64,000 nucleotides of DNA from an uncultured Pelagibacteraceae bacterium (lineage in GTDB: Bacteria; Pseudomonadota; Alphaproteobacteria; Pelagibacterales; Pelagibacteraceae): NCBI GenBank assembly GCA_902589395.1, contig CACIST010000003.1:13728-77727 (forward strand), read 5' to 3'. The notes below the pieces were generated by a model. The model was not told the origin of the DNA and searched no databases. It saw only the letters and a list, made by a program, of their open reading frames with translations. Numbering within the stretch: the first letter of the stretch is position 1; each line of letters opens with the position of its first letter. Below, one piece after another: positions 48,610-57,843 of this stretch. The translations under genes were made by a program, and so were the position numbers.

Positions 48610-49470
48610 ATGGACTTGAACAAATTAAAAGTAAGACGAAGTTTTATTTTTACACCTGGACTTCATCCAGAAATGTTTCCTAAAGCAATTGCATCAGGTG
48701 CAGACATGGTTTGTATTGAATTAGAGGATGGGATAGCAATCAATGATAAAGCAGAAGCTAGAAAAAATACTATAGAGGCTCTAAAAACTCTCGAAGTAAA
48801 AAATGATGTAGAGTTAGTTGTCAGATTAAATAATCAAAGAACAAAGTTTGGTCTTTTAGATTTAGAAGCTTTCATATCTAGCAAAATAAATCTAAAGGCT
48901 ATCATGTTACCGAAGGTTAAAACTCCAGATGAAATAACGTTTATAGATGATCTTTTAACAGACTGTAATTTAGATACGGATCTTCATGTAATAATGGAAA
49001 CAAATGAGGCTTTAGAAAATATTTATAATATTGCTCATGCCAGTAAAAGAATAGTTGCTCTATATTTTGGTGGAGTTGATATGGCAGCTGAGCTTAGAGT
49101 TGAAAATAAATGGGAAAATCTTGTCCATGCAAGATCTAAATTAGTTCATGCAGGTGCAAGTGTTGGTGTAGATGTAATAGATGTACCTTATTTAGACTTA
49201 GAGAATATGGAAGGAATGAGGAAAGAGGCTGAGCAAGTAAGAAACTTAGGCTTTACTGGAAAAGGTTCCATTCATCCAAAACAAATTAAAATTTTAAATG
49301 AAGTATTTACACCACCTCAAGATGAAATTATCAAGGCTAAAAAAATTTTAGAAGAATTTAATAATTCAAATACAGGTCTAGTAGTCATAGACGGTAAACT
49401 TATAGAAAAACCTGTCCTTCGAGAAATGAAAAGGAAAATATTGATAGCAGATAAAATAAATAAAGTTTAA
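48610..49470 (+). CDS. CitE/HpcH family CoA-ester lyase
   Basis: RRSFIFTPG, IELEDGI, VVRLN, MLPKV, IMET, GFTGKGSIHPKQ. Confidence 0.9.
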   Translation: MDLNKLKVRRSFIFTPGLHPEMFPKAIASGADMVCIELEDGIAINDKAEARKNTIEALKTLEVKNDVELVVRLNNQRTKFGLLDLEAFISSKINLKAIMLPKVKTPDEITFIDDLLTDCNLDTDLHVIMETNEALENIYNIAHASKRIVALYFGGVDMAAELRVENKWENLVHARSKLVHAGASVGVDVIDVPYLDLENMEGMRKEAEQVRNLGFTGKGSIHPKQIKILNEVFTPPQDEIIKAKKILEEFNNSNTGLVVIDGKLIEKPVLREMKRKILIADKINKV

Positions 49471-49479
49471 AATTAAATT

Positions 49480-49947
49480 ATGTCATTTCATCTTGCCACT
49501 AGAAAAGTTATTAAGGAATGGACAGACTACAATGAACATATGAATATGGCATACTATGTTCTAATTTTTGATCAAGCATGGGAAACAATGCTTAATAAGT
49601 TTCATATGGGTGGTTCAAATGCACAAATTAATAAAAGAAGTACTATGGTTGTAGATACGAGAACTACCTATGACAATGAAGTGAAAGAAAATGATGAAGT
49701 AGATGTTTATTGCACCTTCTTTGATCATGATAAAAAAAGATTACATTTGAAATGTGAAATGTATGAAAAGAAGTCAAAAAAACTTGCTGCAACTATTGAA
49801 AGTCTGTCGCTTTATATTGATCTTGATAAAAGAAAGGTCACAGAATTTGAACAAGATAAAATCCAAATAATGGATGACTTTATAAATAAAAATAAGGTTT
49901 CTTTTAACTCAGAAAATTTAGTGTTTTCTGGTAAGCTAAAAAAATAA
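49480..49947 (+). CDS. Hotdog thioesterase (betainyl-CoA thioesterase CdhB-like)
   Basis: EWTDYNEHMN.AYY..IFD, DKKRLH motifs; near the carnitine dehydrogenase gene. Confidence 0.8.
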   Translation: MSFHLATRKVIKEWTDYNEHMNMAYYVLIFDQAWETMLNKFHMGGSNAQINKRSTMVVDTRTTYDNEVKENDEVDVYCTFFDHDKKRLHLKCEMYEKKSKKLAATIESLSLYIDLDKRKVTEFEQDKIQIMDDFINKNKVSFNSENLVFSGKLKK

Positions 49948-49950
49948 GTT

Positions 49951-50784
49951 ATGGAAATTAAACTTTTGTCAGGAGCACTAGGTGCAGAAATAACAGGGAT
50001 AGATCTTAAAGATACATCTGATCAAAACATCAAGGAAATTAATAATTTATTATTAGAACACAAAGTTATTTTCTTTAGAGACCAAAAAATTAATGCTGAA
50101 CAACATATAGCCTTAGCTGAAAAATTTGGACCATTAGAAACACATGCATATGTAAAAGGATTAAGTAAACACCCCGAAATAGTAAGAATAATTAAAGCAG
50201 AAGACGAAAAAAACCAATGGGGTGAGAATTGGCATAGTGATGTTAGTTACAATGAAAAACCAACGAAAGCAGTAATATTAAAATCAATTAAAATTCCTCC
50301 TGTTGGTGGTGATACATGCTTTGCAAACATGGAGCTTGCATGGGAAACATTAGATGAAGATATAAAAGAAAAGATAAAAGATAAAAAAGCAATCCATAGT
50401 TCTCTTGGCGCAGAATTTTTTATTGAAAAATATAAAAAAATGGAGGGAAATGAAAAAAGAAATTTTGATGAATATTCTAATGAACATCCAATAGTAAGAA
50501 CACATCCTGAGACTGGAAAAAAAATTCTATTTGTCAATTGGACATACACAAAAAAAATAATTGGACTTGAACAAGAAGAAAGTGACGAAATTTTAAAAAA
50601 AATATTTGAACACCAAGCACGACTTGAATTAACCTGTAGATTTAGCTGGACTGAAAATACAGTCTGTATATGGGATAATAGAAGTGTTATTCACTTTGCA
50701 ATTGCAGATTTTTATCCAGGTAGAGGATTAGGATATGAAAGAGTAATGGATAGAATTGCTATTGAAGGTGACCACCCACAATAA
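49951..50784 (+). CDS. TauD/TfdA family Fe(II)/2OG dioxygenase
   Basis: GAEITG, V.FFRDQ, WHSDVSY, GGDT.F, HPIVRTHPETG, WDNR..IH, R. Confidence 0.92.
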   Translation: MEIKLLSGALGAEITGIDLKDTSDQNIKEINNLLLEHKVIFFRDQKINAEQHIALAEKFGPLETHAYVKGLSKHPEIVRIIKAEDEKNQWGENWHSDVSYNEKPTKAVILKSIKIPPVGGDTCFANMELAWETLDEDIKEKIKDKKAIHSSLGAEFFIEKYKKMEGNEKRNFDEYSNEHPIVRTHPETGKKILFVNWTYTKKIIGLEQEESDEILKKIFEHQARLELTCRFSWTENTVCIWDNRSVIHFAIADFYPGRGLGYERVMDRIAIEGDHPQ

Positions 50785-50789
50785 ATACC

Positions 50790-52370
50790 TTGAAATTTGA
50801 TTATTTAATAATTGGAGCAGGTACAGCAGGATGCGTTCTCGCTAATAGACTAACTGAACAAAGTAAAAATAAGGTTGCAATTTTTGAAGCTGGTAAAGAT
50901 AGTGATATATGGAAAGTAAACATGCCCCTTGCAATACTTTATGCAATGCATGACCCAAAATATAATTATAAATATTATTCTGAACCTGAGCCACACTTAA
51001 ACAATAGAAAATTATTTTGTCCTAGGGGAAAGATGATTGGTGGTTGTTCCGCGCATAATGGAATGGTTTATGTCAGAGGAAATAAAAATGATTATGAGAG
51101 ATGGGCTTCATTTGGGTTAAAAAATTGGTCTTACGAAAATGTTTTACCTTTTTTTAAAAAAATTGAGACTTGGTCAGGTGGAGAAAATAATTATAGAGGT
51201 GGAAAAGGTATATTGCCTGTAAATCAATCAAATAACAAAAATCCCCTTTTTAAAGCTTTTTTGGACTCTGCGAAAGAGGCAGGACATAAAATAAATAGTG
51301 ATATGAATGGAGAAGACCAAGAAGGCTTTGGAATGTACGATGTAACTATTCATAAAGGAGAGAGAGCAAGCGCTTCAAAATACTATTTAAAACCAGCTAA
51401 AAGCAGGGAAAATTTAAAAGTATTTACTGAGTCATTTGTAGAAAAGATTATTTTTGATGGCAAAAAAGCTATTGGTATTCAAGTTAAAATAAAAAATGAA
51501 ACGAAGACTATTTACGCAAATAAAGAAATTATTTTAAGTGGTGGATCAATTAATTCTCCACAATTATTAATGTTGTCAGGTGTTGGTCCAAGCAATCATC
51601 TTAAAGAAAAAGGAATTGAGGTTATTCATGATTCAAAAGGAGTTGGAAAAAATTTACAAGATCATTTAGAAACCTATATTCAACAAGAATGTAAAACTCC
51701 AGATACATTATATTCTTATGTAAATAAATTTAATATGGTAAAGGTAGGTATTCAATGGTTCTTAAACAAAAGTGGGCCCTGCTCTACCTCGTTTTTAGAA
51801 GCTGGTGGATTCTGTAAATCATCTCCAGATAAAAAATATCCAAATATACAATTTCATTTTTTCCCAGCATTTGTAATAGACCATGGTTTAGTAGATCCTG
51901 ATAGACACGGATACCAATTACATGCAAGTTTAAACCAACCTAAAAGTAGAGGGGAAATTACTTTGAAAAGTTCAAACCCTTACGATTATCCAAAAATACA
52001 ATTTAATTATTTAGAGGATGATTATGATCTTAAAGAAACAATAAAATGTGTTCGAGTAGCAAGAAAAATTTTAAATCAGAACTCTATGAAACCTTTTGCT
52101 GGTAAAGAAATTGGGCCAGGTGATAATGCAAATTCAGATGAGGAAATTGAAGAATATGTAAGATCAAAAGCAGAAACAGCATATCACCCATCATGTACTT
52201 TAAAGATGGGTATAGATGATATGGCAGTAGTAGATGAAAAATTAAAAATTCATGGTCTTCAGAATATAAGAGTAGCAGATGCATCAGTAATGCCAGAAAT
52301 TACAAGCGGAAATCTAAATGCACCAACTCTAATGATAGGTGAGAGAGCTGCTGACTTTATTTTGAATTAA
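50790..52370 (+). CDS. betA: GMC oxidoreductase, choline dehydrogenase-like
   Basis: IGAGTAGC.LANRL, RGK.IGG.S.HNGM.YVRG, INSPQLLMLSG, NLQDH, YHPSCT, GNLNAP; substrate not certain. Confidence 0.75.
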   Translation: MKFDYLIIGAGTAGCVLANRLTEQSKNKVAIFEAGKDSDIWKVNMPLAILYAMHDPKYNYKYYSEPEPHLNNRKLFCPRGKMIGGCSAHNGMVYVRGNKNDYERWASFGLKNWSYENVLPFFKKIETWSGGENNYRGGKGILPVNQSNNKNPLFKAFLDSAKEAGHKINSDMNGEDQEGFGMYDVTIHKGERASASKYYLKPAKSRENLKVFTESFVEKIIFDGKKAIGIQVKIKNETKTIYANKEIILSGGSINSPQLLMLSGVGPSNHLKEKGIEVIHDSKGVGKNLQDHLETYIQQECKTPDTLYSYVNKFNMVKVGIQWFLNKSGPCSTSFLEAGGFCKSSPDKKYPNIQFHFFPAFVIDHGLVDPDRHGYQLHASLNQPKSRGEITLKSSNPYDYPKIQFNYLEDDYDLKETIKCVRVARKILNQNSMKPFAGKEIGPGDNANSDEEIEEYVRSKAETAYHPSCTLKMGIDDMAVVDEKLKIHGLQNIRVADASVMPEITSGNLNAPTLMIGERAADFILN

Positions 52371-52373
52371 CAT

Positions 52374-53321
52374 ATGGAAGCAAATAATAATACTAAAGGT
52401 ATCCTATTTATTATGATAGGGATGGCTTTTTTTTCAATACAAGACTCGCTTATAAAATATATATTTGAAGAAATTGCTTTGTTTGAATTATATCTTGGTA
52501 GAACTATTGTTCAAGCGACAGTACTTATATCTATATTCTTAATAACAAAGAAAAAATTTACATTAAAAACACATTATCCTTTATTAACATTATTAAGAGT
52601 AATTTGTTTTTTCTTTGGTTTTAGTTTCTTTTATATTTCACTAACGTTTATGTCTTTGGCTATGGTCAGCGCACTATTCTTTTCATGCCCTTTTTTCATG
52701 TCAATATTTGCTAAAGTATTTTTAAAAGAACAAATTGGTATTAGAAGATGGAGTGCAATAACAGTTGGTTTTATTGGTGTTTTAGTTGTGTTAAATCCAA
52801 CTTTAGAAGACTTTAATTTTTTTAAATTAGCGCCAGTTGCATGCTCACTTTGTTATGCATGCTCTATGACAATTACAAAATATACATCGGAAAAAGATAA
52901 TATTTATACTCAGTTAACTTTACTTTATATTTTTGCAGTAATTGCGAGCGTTATAATATTTTTAATAAGTGGTGATGGAAAGTTTAATAATTTTTCTGAT
53001 CCTACAATGCAGTTTATTTTTAGAGAATGGTTTGTAAATCCAGCCGTTTCGTGGCCTTACGTTTTTGTAATGGGAATTGTTGCCTCAATTTCATTTTTTT
53101 GTGTGTTCACTGCATATAGTATAGCTTCTCCGTCCGTCGTCTCTTTATTTGAATATTCATATATAGTTTTTGCGATGATAGCTGGTTACATATTATTTGA
53201 AACTATACCAGTACCTAGAACTTTTCTTGGAGCCGCAATAATTATTGGTGCGGGTGTATATATTTATTTTAGAGAAAAAGTTCGTGGCCAAATGATTGCA
53301 TCAGATACACCTAATAGATGA
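52374..53321 (+). CDS. DMT/EamA family transporter
   Basis: LKEQIGIRRW, GFIGV, FEY motifs; about 10 TM. Confidence 0.88.
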   Translation: MEANNNTKGILFIMIGMAFFSIQDSLIKYIFEEIALFELYLGRTIVQATVLISIFLITKKKFTLKTHYPLLTLLRVICFFFGFSFFYISLTFMSLAMVSALFFSCPFFMSIFAKVFLKEQIGIRRWSAITVGFIGVLVVLNPTLEDFNFFKLAPVACSLCYACSMTITKYTSEKDNIYTQLTLLYIFAVIASVIIFLISGDGKFNNFSDPTMQFIFREWFVNPAVSWPYVFVMGIVASISFFCVFTAYSIASPSVVSLFEYSYIVFAMIAGYILFETIPVPRTFLGAAIIIGAGVYIYFREKVRGQMIASDTPNR

Positions 53322-54289
53322 TAAAAAAAAACTATATTCCAACAATAAATATTTACTCTCTTCTTGGAAAAAATTTTAATACAAGACCTGCTTTTAAAAC
53401 AGTAAAAAAAATTGAGAAAGCTTGTTTAGATGTTGGTTTTTTTCAAATTACAGGTCATGGTATTAAATTAAAAAATATAAGTAAAATTTGTCAGGTTGGG
53501 GAAAATTTTTTCAAACTAAATAAAAAAAATAAACTTAAATTAGCTCCAAAAAAATGGAATAAAAAAAATAAAAATGTTTATAGAGGTTACTTTCCTAATG
53601 ACGTAAATGGTAAAGAGGGATTAGACTTGGGGGATTTAAAAGTAACTAAGAAATATTCGAAAAGAATAAAAAATCAGTACATAGAATATTTAAATATTAA
53701 GCATTCATTTACTACAAATAATATTTCTAAATTATCTGATTATTATGATGATATATTTAACTTAAGTGAAATTCTTTTTAAAAGTATAATTAAAATCTAT
53801 AATAAGGATACCGATATATCAAAAAAAGCATTTTCAAGATTAAAAACTCTAAGCACATTACGTTTTAATTATTACCCTAATCAATCAAAGCCTGTTGAAA
53901 TTTCTAAGCAAGATGGAGTTGCTCTTGGATGTGAAACACATGTAGATAGTGGTATTTTCACAGTACTTTACCAAAACAAAAAGGGTGGTTTACAAGTACA
54001 AAACCGTAAAACAAAAAAATGGCATGATGTTCCCTTTAATAAAAATGCTTTAGTTGTAAATACTGGAAGAGCGCTTGAATATTTAAGTAAGGGAAGATTT
54101 AAAGCAACTAATCATAGGGTATTGTGGAACAAGCAAAAAAGGCTTTCAATTCCTTTCTTTTTTGAACCCTCATATGACTTTAAAATGAATCTCTCATTTT
54201 TAAATAAGAAAAAACTAACTAATAGGGGTCTCAGGTATGATAAATTTCTTAATAAATCCCTTAAAAAATTCATTGAATATCAAAGGTAA
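53318..54289 (+). CDS. Isopenicillin N synthase-like Fe(II)/2OG oxygenase (DIOX_N plus 2OG-FeII_Oxy)
   Basis: AC..VGFFQITGHG, RGY, LRFNYYP, HVDSG, GGLQV, HRV, RLSIPFF. Confidence 0.9.
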   Translation: MIKKNYIPTINIYSLLGKNFNTRPAFKTVKKIEKACLDVGFFQITGHGIKLKNISKICQVGENFFKLNKKNKLKLAPKKWNKKNKNVYRGYFPNDVNGKEGLDLGDLKVTKKYSKRIKNQYIEYLNIKHSFTTNNISKLSDYYDDIFNLSEILFKSIIKIYNKDTDISKKAFSRLKTLSTLRFNYYPNQSKPVEISKQDGVALGCETHVDSGIFTVLYQNKKGGLQVQNRKTKKWHDVPFNKNALVVNTGRALEYLSKGRFKATNHRVLWNKQKRLSIPFFFEPSYDFKMNLSFLNKKKLTNRGLRYDKFLNKSLKKFIEYQR

Positions 54290-54308
54290 GAATAATAATA
54301 TTACTATA

Positions 54309-54366
54309 TAAAGCGATACATAACTCGTCGTAATTTCATATACGAAAGTGGGATCGGTCGTCTTTA
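54309..54366 (+). ncRNA. Structured 5' leader RNA upstream of a luciferase-like monooxygenase (candidate bablM-type motif)
   Basis: GC-enriched island in an AT-rich spacer; nested pairings tcgta/tacga, act/agt, cgat/atcg or aaagcgat/gtcgtcttt; TACTAT -10 box at 54302-54307; GGAGG SD downstream. Confidence 0.5.
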
Positions 54367-54390
54367 AATTAATTTTTAAAGGAGGCTTTA

Positions 54391-55560
54391 ATGAAGTTTG
54401 GTTATTTTTGTAATACTACAAATTGGACACATAAACCATATCACAAATTATTAGATGAAACTAAAGAGATCACAGAATATTGTGATCAAAACAATTGGAA
54501 TTCAATTTGGTTTACCGAACATCATTTTAACCATGAGGGAATGGAGTCGTGTACTAATCCCTTAATGCTAGGAGCAGATGCTGCAGCAAGAACAAAAAAC
54601 ATAAGAATAGGACAAGCAGCAAATGTAATAACTTTTCATAACCCAATAAGATTAGCAGAAGATATTGCTACACTTGATCAACTTTCAAAAGGAAGAGTAG
54701 AAGTTGGTGTTGCAAGAGGTGTTTATGGAAGAGAAGCAATTAATTTAAACAAAGAAGCAGATCTAAAGGATCAAGCAAAAAATTTTAGATTATTTGCTGA
54801 AACATTGGAAATTTTGAAAAAAGCATGGTCAGAGAAATTTTTTAATCATGATGGAGAATTTTATACGTACCCATCACCAAATTATGTTTGGCAGCATGAC
54901 ATGAGCCCACCAAGTGAAGATTTTATGAATATGGAAGATAGCACTATGAAAAAAATTAGTGTTCTTCCAAAGCCTTATCAAAATCCACACCCTCCAATAC
55001 ATCAAGTTGTTGATGGTATAAGATCTATAGAGTGGGCTGCAGAAAATAATATAAATGTAATTATGTGGATACCTACAGTTAAAGCATTGAAAATAAGATT
55101 TGAAGCATACAAAAATAAAAGATCTGAAGTTACTAAAAAAAATGTTCCTTTAGGTGAAGGAGTTACTCTCGTCAGAGATATGTTTGTCGCTGAGACTATG
55201 GAAGAGGCCAAAGAGAAAGCTGGGCAACATATGGTAAATTATATGAAATGGGTTTGTCATTGGAGAGGTCTTGGTAATCACATGGATCCTGGTGAAGAGC
55301 TTCCAGAAACAAAGGGTAAATTAGATCTTCTTAATTACGAGTTTTTACATAAGCGAAATATGTTATTTGGTACTCCTGAATATGTAACAGATAAGATTAA
55401 AGAACTTCAATCAGAGCTTAATCTTCAAAATCTTCAAGTCTGGTCTAATTTTCCGGGTGTTAAACATGAAGATTGTATGAAAAGTATTAAATTATTCACT
55501 GAAAAAGTAATGCCTAATTTTAAAGATGATCTAGATACTGAAGTTAAAAAAGTATCGTGA
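54391..55560 (+). CDS. Luciferase-like flavin-dependent monooxygenase
   Basis: IWFTEHHF, NP, IRIGQ, HNPIRLAEDIATLDQLSKGRVEVGVARG, PKPYQNPHPP, FGTPE; strong SD ggagg. Confidence 0.93.
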   Translation: MKFGYFCNTTNWTHKPYHKLLDETKEITEYCDQNNWNSIWFTEHHFNHEGMESCTNPLMLGADAAARTKNIRIGQAANVITFHNPIRLAEDIATLDQLSKGRVEVGVARGVYGREAINLNKEADLKDQAKNFRLFAETLEILKKAWSEKFFNHDGEFYTYPSPNYVWQHDMSPPSEDFMNMEDSTMKKISVLPKPYQNPHPPIHQVVDGIRSIEWAAENNINVIMWIPTVKALKIRFEAYKNKRSEVTKKNVPLGEGVTLVRDMFVAETMEEAKEKAGQHMVNYMKWVCHWRGLGNHMDPGEELPETKGKLDLLNYEFLHKRNMLFGTPEYVTDKIKELQSELNLQNLQVWSNFPGVKHEDCMKSIKLFTEKVMPNFKDDLDTEVKKVS

Positions 55561-57257
55561 TTAAGTCCAAGAATACCTTGACCGGTGGTCAAGCGGCAGT
55601 GAAATCACTAAAAAAAGAAAAAGTTAAACACGTATTTGGTTTAATTGGTTCAGCAACCATGGAGATGTTTGATGCGTTGTATCATGAAAAAAAAATTAAA
55701 TTTATAGGTGTAAGAGATGAAAGAACAGGAACACATATGGCCGATGGTTATGCAAGAGCTTCTAATCAACCAGGTGTAATAATTGCTGGTCAAAACGGTC
55801 CAGGAGCAACTAATTTAGTCACAGGTATTGCTCAGGCAAAAGCAGCATTTTCGCCTGTTGTATCAATTGCAGGTTTATATTCTACTAAAGATAAGATGGA
55901 AGATGCCTTTCAAGGACTTGATCAACAATCACTTTTTGATCCTATAACAAAAAAAACATGGACAGTAAAAAAGGCAAGTCATATACCGACAGCCTTTAGA
56001 GATGCTTTTAACCTTGCAATGTCACCACGCAGAGGACCAGTTTGTATAAACCTTCCAAGAAATGTTCTTTCTGATAGTTTAAAGTTTAAGATTAATGAAA
56101 ATAAAAAATCTTATAAAACTGAAAGTGACTTAAAAAGTAAAAAGAATTTAATTAATAGAACTATAAAACTTATTCTCAACTCAAAAAAAACAGTAATTGT
56201 TGCTGGAGGAGGAATAAAATATAATTCAAAATTTAAGTCTGTAACAAAGCTTGCTGAATTTTTAAATATTCCAATTGTAACTGCAGCAGGACATGGAGAT
56301 GCAATTCCCTTCAGTCATAAGTTAAATGCTGGACAAATGGGGCCTAGAGGAAATATTGTTGCATCTAGATTAGTCAAAGAAGCAGAGCTAATTATTGCAA
56401 TTGGTACAAGACTTGGTTTCAATTCTACTTTCTATTCGTATGACAATATAAATAAAAATGCGAAAATTGTACAAATTGAGTTAGAAAAAACAATGATAGG
56501 AAGATACTTTCCAGTTAATGTGGGTATTCATGGCGATGCTGCACTTGTGACAGATCAGATCTTAAATGAAATAAAAAAACGAAAAAAAATTTTTAATTAT
56601 AAAGAGTGGACAAATAGTTTTTTATTCGAAAGATCAAAATTTCTTAAAGATAGAGAAAATATAAAGTCAAAAAATTTTCCAATACAACCAAATGGTCTAT
56701 TCAAAGAACTAAGAAAAGTACTACCAAAGAATACTGCAATAACACTTGATGCTGGAACGCTTTGCCTTCAAGCAACAGATGCTTTAGAATATTACAATCC
56801 TCCTGCCCTTTTCACACCTCTTGATTTTGGTTTAGTAGGCTTCTCATTTGCATGTGGTTTGGGAATAAAGGTTGCAAAACCTAATAAAACAGTCGTTAGT
56901 TTGATGGGTGATGGCGGATTTGGAATGACTATTTCTGAATTAAGTACTGCTGTAGAACATGGCATTAACACAATTACAATTGTAATGAATAATAAGAGTT
57001 GGGGAGCAGAAAAAGCTTATCAAAAAGATTTCTATGGTGAAAGATATTTAGGAGCTGATATTCAAAGTCCTCCTTTTGATGAAGTTGCGAAACTATACGG
57101 TGCCAAAGGAATTAAAGTTAAAAAATTATCAGAAGTTAATGAGGCAGTAAAAAGTGCATTAAAAGTAAATAAACCAGTTGTTATAGATGTTGATGTAGAT
57201 CCAAAAGCGTTATACAGTTTTAGGAGAGATAGCTTTACACATAGAATAAGAAAATGA
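55557..57257 (+). CDS. TPP-dependent enzyme, sulfoacetaldehyde acetyltransferase (Xsc)-like
   Basis: FGLIGSA, QNGPG, MGDGGF...MNN, WGAEK motifs shared with Xsc as I recall it. Confidence 0.8.
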   Translation: MIKSKNTLTGGQAAVKSLKKEKVKHVFGLIGSATMEMFDALYHEKKIKFIGVRDERTGTHMADGYARASNQPGVIIAGQNGPGATNLVTGIAQAKAAFSPVVSIAGLYSTKDKMEDAFQGLDQQSLFDPITKKTWTVKKASHIPTAFRDAFNLAMSPRRGPVCINLPRNVLSDSLKFKINENKKSYKTESDLKSKKNLINRTIKLILNSKKTVIVAGGGIKYNSKFKSVTKLAEFLNIPIVTAAGHGDAIPFSHKLNAGQMGPRGNIVASRLVKEAELIIAIGTRLGFNSTFYSYDNINKNAKIVQIELEKTMIGRYFPVNVGIHGDAALVTDQILNEIKKRKKIFNYKEWTNSFLFERSKFLKDRENIKSKNFPIQPNGLFKELRKVLPKNTAITLDAGTLCLQATDALEYYNPPALFTPLDFGLVGFSFACGLGIKVAKPNKTVVSLMGDGGFGMTISELSTAVEHGINTITIVMNNKSWGAEKAYQKDFYGERYLGADIQSPPFDEVAKLYGAKGIKVKKLSEVNEAVKSALKVNKPVVIDVDVDPKALYSFRRDSFTHRIRK

Positions 57258-57841
57258 AATTAGAATTACGTAAGTTCACTAAATTTGTAGATAAGACTTT
57301 TATTGAAGGTGGAAAAGAAGCTAAAGAACCTGTTTTGATGGTTTCTGTTGCTGCAGTTTTTAAAAATCCTTGGGATGGAAAAGGTTTTGTGGAGGACTTA
57401 AAACCAATTATTTTAGATCTAGCTCCTAAACTTGGAGATTTATTAGTTCCTGAACTTATAAAAGAAATAGGCTCTCCTGATAAAATATTAGCATATGGGA
57501 AAGCAGGTGTGGTTGGACTGAATGGAGAAATAGAACATGCATCAGCATTTATTCATACATTAAGATTTGGAAATAAGTTCAGAGATGCTGTTGGAGGAAC
57601 TTCTTATTTAAGTTTTACGAATACAAGAGGTCCGGCTGGATCAAAAATATCTATTCCAATGATGCACAAAACCGACTCTGGTTTAAGACCATATTATCTT
57701 ACACATGAGTTTACAATTCATGATGCTCCATTTGATGATGAAATTGTTATTGCAATTGGTGGCGCCTCGACAGGTAGAGCTCATGCAAGAACAGGCGATA
57801 GATACCAAGATATGAAGGAGATGGGCATTGATCCAAAATAA
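57254..57841 (+). CDS. DUF1185 'amino acid synthesis' family protein
   Basis: AAVFKNPW.G.GFVEDL, AYGKAGVVG.NGE.EH.SA.IHTLRFGN, I.DAP..DEIV, GR.HAR.GDRY.D. Confidence 0.88.
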   Translation: MKLELRKFTKFVDKTFIEGGKEAKEPVLMVSVAAVFKNPWDGKGFVEDLKPIILDLAPKLGDLLVPELIKEIGSPDKILAYGKAGVVGLNGEIEHASAFIHTLRFGNKFRDAVGGTSYLSFTNTRGPAGSKISIPMMHKTDSGLRPYYLTHEFTIHDAPFDDEIVIAIGGASTGRAHARTGDRYQDMKEMGIDPK

Positions 57842-57843
57842 TA

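Noticed and set aside
53318-55560. Secondary metabolite (beta-lactam) or bioluminescence cluster
   Set aside because: No NRPS/ACV synthetase and no luxCDE; IPNS-like and luciferase-like folds are common in catabolism
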